Assembly (NCBI GenBank): GCA_050951325.1
Contig: JBMNIW010000004.1
Span: forward strand, 64,001-128,000
Source: Clostridia bacterium
GTDB taxonomy: Bacteria; Bacillota; Clostridia; UBA1212; DUPL01
Length of the DNA stretch: 64,000 bases
Direction: 5' to 3'
Each line of letters starts with the position of its first letter. Within the stretch, counting starts at the first letter, position 1. The notes beneath the pieces are model-generated. The model did not search any database. It was not told where the DNA came from and was given only the letters and a program-made list of their open reading frames with translations. Shown here one piece after another: positions 58,340 to 64,000 of this stretch. A program made the translations under genes and the position numbers.

Positions 58340-58987
58340 TCACCATCCAAAACCGCTAATTTCCAGCATCTCTATCCAAGGTGCCAGCAAATATAATACA
58401 AGCACCGTTAAGGCAACAAACAATCCCAACACTCCAACTATATTGATTATCTCAACTTTCTTCTTTACTTTCCTTATGCTCTCCCTTTTCTCCCTAGCAA
58501 AATCATCCTTTATAGTTTTTACTGACAAATCAAAATCATAGTTGCATGCCATGTCAAGTTTTTCATAAAAAAGCTTGACTTCCAAATCCTTTGCACTGGC
58601 CTTAAGTTCCTGGTAGAATATTTCAGTGTCAGTACTGCTTTTCTGGTGAGCTTCATATATCGCCACAAGATCCTTTTTAAAATGCTCCGACCTTGCTATC
58701 AGTGATTTCATGAGTTTTCCAAAGTCTACTGGTTTTACACTGCCGCATATAACAAACAGCTTTTTTAGAAAGTACAGCTCTTTTGCAAGTTTCGTCTTTA
58801 GATATACCTTTTTTAAAGACCTGTAGACCTCGGGCAAAAAGTAGCCAACACAGCTTGCAATAATGATTCTGTATATGTAAAGTAACTTGTTAATACCATT
58901 ATCCACCATCAAATCTGTAAAAAACATGGACAAGCCAAATATGAGACATACTCCCATACAAACAACATTCGCCTTTATACTTCTCAT
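58340..58987 (-). CDS. TadC-like platform membrane protein
   Basis: Two N-terminal TMs, helical cytoplasmic domain and a C-terminal TM; follows the TadB-like gene. Confidence 0.6.
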   Translation of the reverse strand: MRSIKANVVCMGVCLIFGLSMFFTDLMVDNGINKLLYIYRIIIASCVGYFLPEVYRSLKKVYLKTKLAKELYFLKKLFVICGSVKPVDFGKLMKSLIARSEHFKKDLVAIYEAHQKSSTDTEIFYQELKASAKDLEVKLFYEKLDMACNYDFDLSVKTIKDDFAREKRESIRKVKKKVEIINIVGVLGLFVALTVLVLYLLAPWIEMLEISGFGW

Positions 58988-58990
58988 TCT

Positions 58991-59950
58991 CTACGACCTC
59001 TCTATAACAAATATGAGAAAAGCAAACCCAACAAGAATCGCATAGTACACAAGTCCAAGCATTATGCCTCCCCTGCCTGAATAAAACTGAATCGACTCCG
59101 CTCCTAATACCTTTTCATTAAAAATCCTCGCTGCAGGCACTGCAAAGGCAAAGGCAAGTCCCATTCCAATATACCCAAGAGCTGCAGCACTCAAGTCTTT
59201 ACTGTTTTCTATGTCATCTATGATGTCTTCAAGCATGTCGTTGAACTGTCCCTTAACAACCTCGTCCCCGCCGTTGTAATATGCATGCCAGATAAGCTCC
59301 AGTAGAAGAGACATATGTATGTTGGAATACTTTCCATCAATAGCGCTGAAGGTGTCCTTTATCCTATCCATATCATTCTGCTTCAGTGCATCGTATATCC
59401 TAATCATATCGCCCCTGATGCTCTTGTGGAAATCCTCGATGCTGACACCTATACACTTCACAATATTATTTAGGCTTGCATATCTTGCACTCAAAATCCT
59501 CAAGGTTTCAGGCATATGGCTTAAAAACCTTTTGTTGGCATACGACGCAAGGAATATAAGGCCGAGACAGACAATGGATGCAAATAGAAGAAGGTAAAAC
59601 ATTGCAATATACCATAGAGGAAAGAACACCACTGTCAAAACGCCTGCAAGTATCAGAAAAACCAAGACAAACAGAATCAAAAACAACGTAGCATATCTCA
59701 TGTTCACTGCATAGGATTTGGCATTGAATATGGAGAGTTTTAGAGACAGATCTTTCATCAGCCTTGCCAGGAATCTCGATCTGGCAAGAAAAGTACACAT
59801 ACTGTCAACTCTCTTTTCAAACAGGAGTTTTGAATCAACATTTCCATATTTTACTCTGTCTTTGAACTTGACTGCATGATATACACCATATGAAATTACC
59901 ATCACTCCACTTGTGGTGCATATGAATACCAAAGGCAAATACTCAACCAT
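58991..59950 (-). CDS. TadB-like platform membrane protein
   Basis: N-terminal TMs, FLSHMPETLRIL helix of the GspF/TadB type and two C-terminal TMs; directly follows the ATPase. Confidence 0.65.
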   Translation of the reverse strand: MVEYLPLVFICTTSGVMVISYGVYHAVKFKDRVKYGNVDSKLLFEKRVDSMCTFLARSRFLARLMKDLSLKLSIFNAKSYAVNMRYATLFLILFVLVFLILAGVLTVVFFPLWYIAMFYLLLFASIVCLGLIFLASYANKRFLSHMPETLRILSARYASLNNIVKCIGVSIEDFHKSIRGDMIRIYDALKQNDMDRIKDTFSAIDGKYSNIHMSLLLELIWHAYYNGGDEVVKGQFNDMLEDIIDDIENSKDLSAAALGYIGMGLAFAFAVPAARIFNEKVLGAESIQFYSGRGGIMLGLVYYAILVGFAFLIFVIERS

Positions 59951-61595
59951 TCACATGACTCCCTTCAAATATACTCAACCCTTCTTCCATTACTTCTGAA
60001 CTTGCATACCTTGCCAGCTTGTCAAGATAGAAGTCTGATGGAGGCTCCACAAACACCCAATCCTCCCTTTCCATGTCATAACAAACTATCTCCCTAAGGT
60101 GGTACCTTCTTCCAAGAACCAGATCCTTTAACGCCTTTATACCAAGAATGTACAACTTTTTCTCCATCTCCCGCATGTCATCCACATTTGAGCCGAACTC
60201 GCAGTCCTCTCTGTCTATACATATCTCATGTATGCTCATTACCTTAATCCTCCCATCCTTCAGCCTTCCCAGATGAATAATCAAATCAATACTGCCCGCA
60301 ATATCCTCTTCCGCTGTATTCTTGTCGTTGTACATGGATGTCCTAAGCATGAGATTCCGTAGGTTTGGAACAACCTCTTGCGGTGAAAAAGAATGCATTG
60401 TGGCACAAACGCCAGCATTCAACCTCAATGCACTGTTTACAAGCTCCGCCACCTCTTCAGGCATTGTAATCTCACTGACACAAAGGACATCTCTAGATGT
60501 CTTTAAAAGATACGCAAAGCATTCGGAGAGGTTCTTTTTGTCATTCTCCACAAGAGTAATTACATTCTTTGACGGATATTTCCTGCTTACCTGCAGCTCA
60601 TTCTGTGGGTCCAGTATTCCAATTCCCCAGGAATCCGGGTACTTTTCCAGCATGGAAAGTAGAAAAGTGCTCTTTCCCACTCCCATGTCTGAGCCGGTGA
60701 CAAAAAAGCTGCCTCTTCCCGCCTGATTCATAATAAGGAACCTGTAAATCCCATCATTGATTGTGTTATACTTGTCCCTCATTTCTTCAAGAGTAATATT
60801 CTTCAAATTGAATATTCTCTCATTGTAGTACGCATCATCCGTACTGGGAGTTACTTCGTATCCTGCCACACTTATTCTGTTAAAATTGTTCTTGGAAGTT
60901 ACAACAATTGGATTTTGTCTGTCGTAGTTCAGTGATGAGTTCTGCGTTGTTTTCTTCTGAATGTTCAGTATGGTTCCGACACTGTCAAAGGACAAAAACA
61001 CAAGTCTTATCTTTCTACCCTTGTATGTAATATAAACATAATCCTTGTTAAGGACACCTATTTCGTTAATATCCTGGTTCTGCAAACTGTCTATGCAGTC
61101 CTGTCCATAGGCAAACGCATACAAAAGAATGGACAAAAATATGCATCTTTCCCTTTTGCTTTTGTATCTCCTTGTTATTGTGTCATCTTTATCCTCATTC
61201 CTTACTATCTCCCTTAGCTCCACCCAGGTAAGAACGTTTTCCACATGGTATTTGTCAATCATTTCTCCCAATCTTCTATTCTCCAGGAGGAACTCAAACA
61301 CTATCTGCGGTTCGTTGTCCAGAATGTTATCAAAGTTAATTATCCCCACCGTTTCCTTGTCCACATCAAATAGTTTACCGGATGACAACACCCTCACGTA
61401 ATAGTCTATTATATTGTTCCTTGCGTCCGCATCTCCTCTTGCAGCCATATCCTTAAGCTCTGTCATCATATTTATGGCAGACTCCGCCTGTTTCAAATCT
61501 ACATGGTAAACGGACATATACAACTCCACATCCGTAAGTATTCCCGAAACCTTGTTAAGAAGCCTTGTCCACTTTATATCCCTTGAAAGACTCAT
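59943..61595 (-). CDS. CpaF/TadA-like (VirB11/PulE superfamily) assembly ATPase
   Basis: INEI, Walker A GSDMGVGKST, Asp box LDPQNEL, Walker B VLCVSEI, His box ATMHS and IDLIIHL motifs. Confidence 0.85.
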   Translation of the reverse strand: MSLSRDIKWTRLLNKVSGILTDVELYMSVYHVDLKQAESAINMMTELKDMAARGDADARNNIIDYYVRVLSSGKLFDVDKETVGIINFDNILDNEPQIVFEFLLENRRLGEMIDKYHVENVLTWVELREIVRNEDKDDTITRRYKSKRERCIFLSILLYAFAYGQDCIDSLQNQDINEIGVLNKDYVYITYKGRKIRLVFLSFDSVGTILNIQKKTTQNSSLNYDRQNPIVVTSKNNFNRISVAGYEVTPSTDDAYYNERIFNLKNITLEEMRDKYNTINDGIYRFLIMNQAGRGSFFVTGSDMGVGKSTFLLSMLEKYPDSWGIGILDPQNELQVSRKYPSKNVITLVENDKKNLSECFAYLLKTSRDVLCVSEITMPEEVAELVNSALRLNAGVCATMHSFSPQEVVPNLRNLMLRTSMYNDKNTAEEDIAGSIDLIIHLGRLKDGRIKVMSIHEICIDREDCEFGSNVDDMREMEKKLYILGIKALKDLVLGRRYHLREIVCYDMEREDWVFVEPPSDFYLDKLARYASSEVMEEGLSIFEGSHVNG

Positions 61596-62275
61596 GGACC
61601 ACTCACCTTGTTTACAAGATGCAGCCTTGTATCCAAATATCCTGTTAAAAGAGCATTGTTCAGCGTCCTGAACTCCTCTTCATTCACTGCAAGAATTATG
61701 GTGTAAAATCCGTCACTGTCCTTCAAATACTCACATTTGCCATTTACATTGGTACACAATATGTCATAAATCCTAATCCTGCTTATGACTTCCTGGTAGG
61801 AACCGTCCGGGAATCTTGCAATTATGTCCACATAGGTTCCCTTCATTGCAAGTTCTCCCACCAGACTTTTAACTTTGAATTCCTTAAGTCTTCTAGTGCT
61901 TGAGAACTCCTCCTCATCCTGTCCTACAAGGTCAAAAGATATCTGCTGCCCTTTAACAACCGTATACTTCAGCATCCTGTCTTTTATCAAATCAAAATCA
62001 CAAACAGCATTCTCAACGATCAGGTTTGCGGGCACTTTAACAACCTCAAAATTATTCCTGTTCACATCAGTTAGAACCACTCCTGACATAAGAGGGGTTT
62101 CTCCCTTGTATGTCAACACATCAACAAATGCGCCCGTACTCTTTTTATACATCTCCTCGTACACAAGGGATGTTTTCTTCTTAACCTGAGGAATTATCAA
62201 AAAGGTGTACAACGCCGCCAAAAGAGCAAGAGATGCAAGATAAATTGCCACGGTAAAGAAAGCACTCTTCTTCAT
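61592..62275 (-). CDS. CpaB/RcpC-like SAF-domain protein
   Basis: N-terminal TM, SAF-like VVKVPANLI...VVKGQQI, then GTYVDII and IILAVNEEE of the RcpC type. Confidence 0.7.
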   Translation of the reverse strand: MKKSAFFTVAIYLASLALLAALYTFLIIPQVKKKTSLVYEEMYKKSTGAFVDVLTYKGETPLMSGVVLTDVNRNNFEVVKVPANLIVENAVCDFDLIKDRMLKYTVVKGQQISFDLVGQDEEEFSSTRRLKEFKVKSLVGELAMKGTYVDIIARFPDGSYQEVISRIRIYDILCTNVNGKCEYLKDSDGFYTIILAVNEEEFRTLNNALLTGYLDTRLHLVNKVSGP

Positions 62276-62279
62276 ACAA

Positions 62280-63851
62280 TCAACCTCCCACCCGCATAAG
62301 CTTTGAAATTACAGTATCATAGCTTGACGCAATGTCGCATACATCATCATTTACATAATAGCTTCCCTTGACATTTCTTGAAACAAGTCTTCTTCTGTCA
62401 TATGGAATTGCGCCCAAATACTTGCTCCTACCCACAATCATGGAAATACCCGACTCAGGAAGACTTACCTTGTCTATGTAATCCCAGGCCACATACCTTA
62501 AATTTTCCTCCGATATGTATCCCTTTTGGGACAACCTGTGGTAATATGCACAGCACAATTGTATGTCGTCAACATTGGCATAAGGAACTGCAATTACATA
62601 GTCTGAATTTAGCATCATTGCATTCTTTACTGGTGACATTAGTCTTTCTTCTGCCGCCACTATTACAAGGTCGAAATTGTTGTATGCCCAGTGACAGAAA
62701 TTCCTCACATCCCTGACATCGTGAATTTCAAGTTCATCAAATATGCCACTTCGTGCAATATATAAATTACTGTTTGCGTCAAAGCTTTTTAAAAGGCCAC
62801 GCCTTACCCATTCTCTTGCGCTTCTGCCAAGATACGTCTTCATCCCATAATTCAGGCTGAAGATATCGCTCTCCGATACATAGGATGCATTTGATGTGCC
62901 GGAAAGATAATATGTAATAATATTATCCGTATCTGCAAGTTCGAATATGGCTGTTTTGTAATTCAGGAAAGTAGCCGCCACATACGCAAGCTCGCAGGCA
63001 AAACCCATGTTCCCATCCACTGTAACAACAATTCTCTTGTACCGGTTTACATATCTCACACTATTTATTTTTGCATTCACAGAAGTACGGGCATTTTTCT
63101 CCCCTTCTTTAAGGAGTTTAATCTCCCTCTTAAGCTCTTTCACATCAGCAAACCTGTCTTCTGGCTCAAACTTCATGCATTTCTCAAGAACTTTTCCAAA
63201 CTTCCCATATTCCTTAAGTCTCTTTCTGTTTACAGGAGGTTTTCCGGACATTGAATAAAGAAGCACTGCGCCTATTGAGTAAATGTCACTTGACAGCATG
63301 GGCTTGCCATACAAAACCTCCGGCGCTGAATATATTTCAGTCCCAAGAACCTTTGTCGTATATTCCTCAATATTCACCGCATTTTCTGATATGTGATAAG
63401 AAGCTTCAAAGTCGCAAATCCAGATTCTTTCAAGCTTTGAATCCACCAGGATATTGGACGGCTTCAAATCTACAAAAGCGTAGGGACCATCGGAGTGTTC
63501 ATGCATTTTTTCAATTACGTCGCACAGAAGCAAACCAAAATCCATGCATTGTTTTCCATCAATGCATCCTTTTTCTTTTATGTACTCTTCCAAGGTAATG
63601 GCCTCAATCCATTCACGGACAAGATACCGAAAATCACCTTCTTCGAAGCTGCATATGAACTTCGGAACAAAATCAAAGGAGAATGAACTAACTACTTTAA
63701 CCTCATTAACTCCACAAAGGTCATCACGGTCCCAACGCTTGATGCAAACTTCCTTGTCTGTTGCCATATCAATCGCCCGCTTAACCTTATCAGACGATGT
63801 ATCGTCAATAACCCTAAAGCGCTCACTCAAGCATACTTTCAGCTCACTCAC
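62280..63851 (-). CDS. Ser/Thr protein kinase fused to a ParA/MinD/CpaE-like domain
   Basis: VCIK, DLKPSNIL, DFE, GT..YSAPE, DIYSIG and P.DR kinase motifs; C-terminal ELAY..KTAIFE, FDLVIV, SDYVIAV and LGAIPYD. GTG 63851 has an AGGTGG RBS (alternative start 63881). Confidence 0.85.
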   Translation of the reverse strand: MSELKVCLSERFRVIDDTSSDKVKRAIDMATDKEVCIKRWDRDDLCGVNEVKVVSSFSFDFVPKFICSFEEGDFRYLVREWIEAITLEEYIKEKGCIDGKQCMDFGLLLCDVIEKMHEHSDGPYAFVDLKPSNILVDSKLERIWICDFEASYHISENAVNIEEYTTKVLGTEIYSAPEVLYGKPMLSSDIYSIGAVLLYSMSGKPPVNRKRLKEYGKFGKVLEKCMKFEPEDRFADVKELKREIKLLKEGEKNARTSVNAKINSVRYVNRYKRIVVTVDGNMGFACELAYVAATFLNYKTAIFELADTDNIITYYLSGTSNASYVSESDIFSLNYGMKTYLGRSAREWVRRGLLKSFDANSNLYIARSGIFDELEIHDVRDVRNFCHWAYNNFDLVIVAAEERLMSPVKNAMMLNSDYVIAVPYANVDDIQLCCAYYHRLSQKGYISEENLRYVAWDYIDKVSLPESGISMIVGRSKYLGAIPYDRRRLVSRNVKGSYYVNDDVCDIASSYDTVISKLMRVGG

Positions 63852-63887
63852 GAATAACCACCTGCTTCGGTTTTTAGTCACAAATTA

Positions 63888-63916
63888 ATGATATCAGGTG
63901 TTTTTTTCTAAGTCCA
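63888..63916 (-). promoter_or_regulatory. SigA promoter of the Tad-like operon
   Basis: TGGACT-17-TATCAT with TG extension. Confidence 0.6.
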
Positions 63917-63967
63917 GCTTGGGCTTATTTCCCAAAAGTGATTTTTAGTTTTGCATTGTATGTAAAT

Positions 63968-64000
63968 AAAAAAACACCGTATCCTCCAAGAAATACGGTG
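63968..64000 (-). terminator. Terminator of the upstream transcription unit
   Basis: CACCGTAT/ATACGGTG stem followed by T7 on the minus strand. Confidence 0.75.

Noticed and set aside
63879-63893. Predicted transcription start coinciding with GTG 63881 (leaderless kinase mRNA)
   Set aside because: An in-frame GTG at 63851 has a well-spaced AGGTGG RBS, which is the simpler explanation.
1-64000. CRISPR arrays, tRNA/rRNA genes, transposases
   Set aside because: None were recognised by eye; intergenic gaps are short and show no regularly spaced repeats.

Overview
A 64 kb chromosomal window from a low-GC, endospore-forming Clostridia-type bacterium, with most genes on the minus strand. Housekeeping blocks: rpsB-tsf-pyrH; tatD-yabE-like-rsmA; hflX; spoVB; yabP-yabQ-divIC-S1; dnaD-dnaC-like-rho-rpmE; and malic enzyme-decarboxylase-darA-holB-ricT-ferredoxin-methyltransferase-rsmI-abrB-spmAB. 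Accessory blocks: an AraC/CBM/GH127-like surface glycan module, an esterase/acyltransferase operon, and a glycoside hydrolase-lipase-glpK operon. The best candidate for an undescribed system is a complete 10-gene Tad/Flp-like operon (56111-63851). It opens with a Hanks Ser/Thr kinase fused to a ParA/CpaE-like domain that has lost its P-loop. It ends with five pilin-like proteins that lack a cleavable leader, and it carries a long intergenic RNA hairpin. Other oddities are a three-gene island of apparent pseudoenzymes (a dead SF1 helicase and two dead zincins, the latter behind an attenuator-like leader) and a ~250 bp collinear 'digest' of a sortase B paralogue. No rRNA, tRNA, CRISPR array or transposase was seen. 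All calls come from motif reading by eye, with no database searches.
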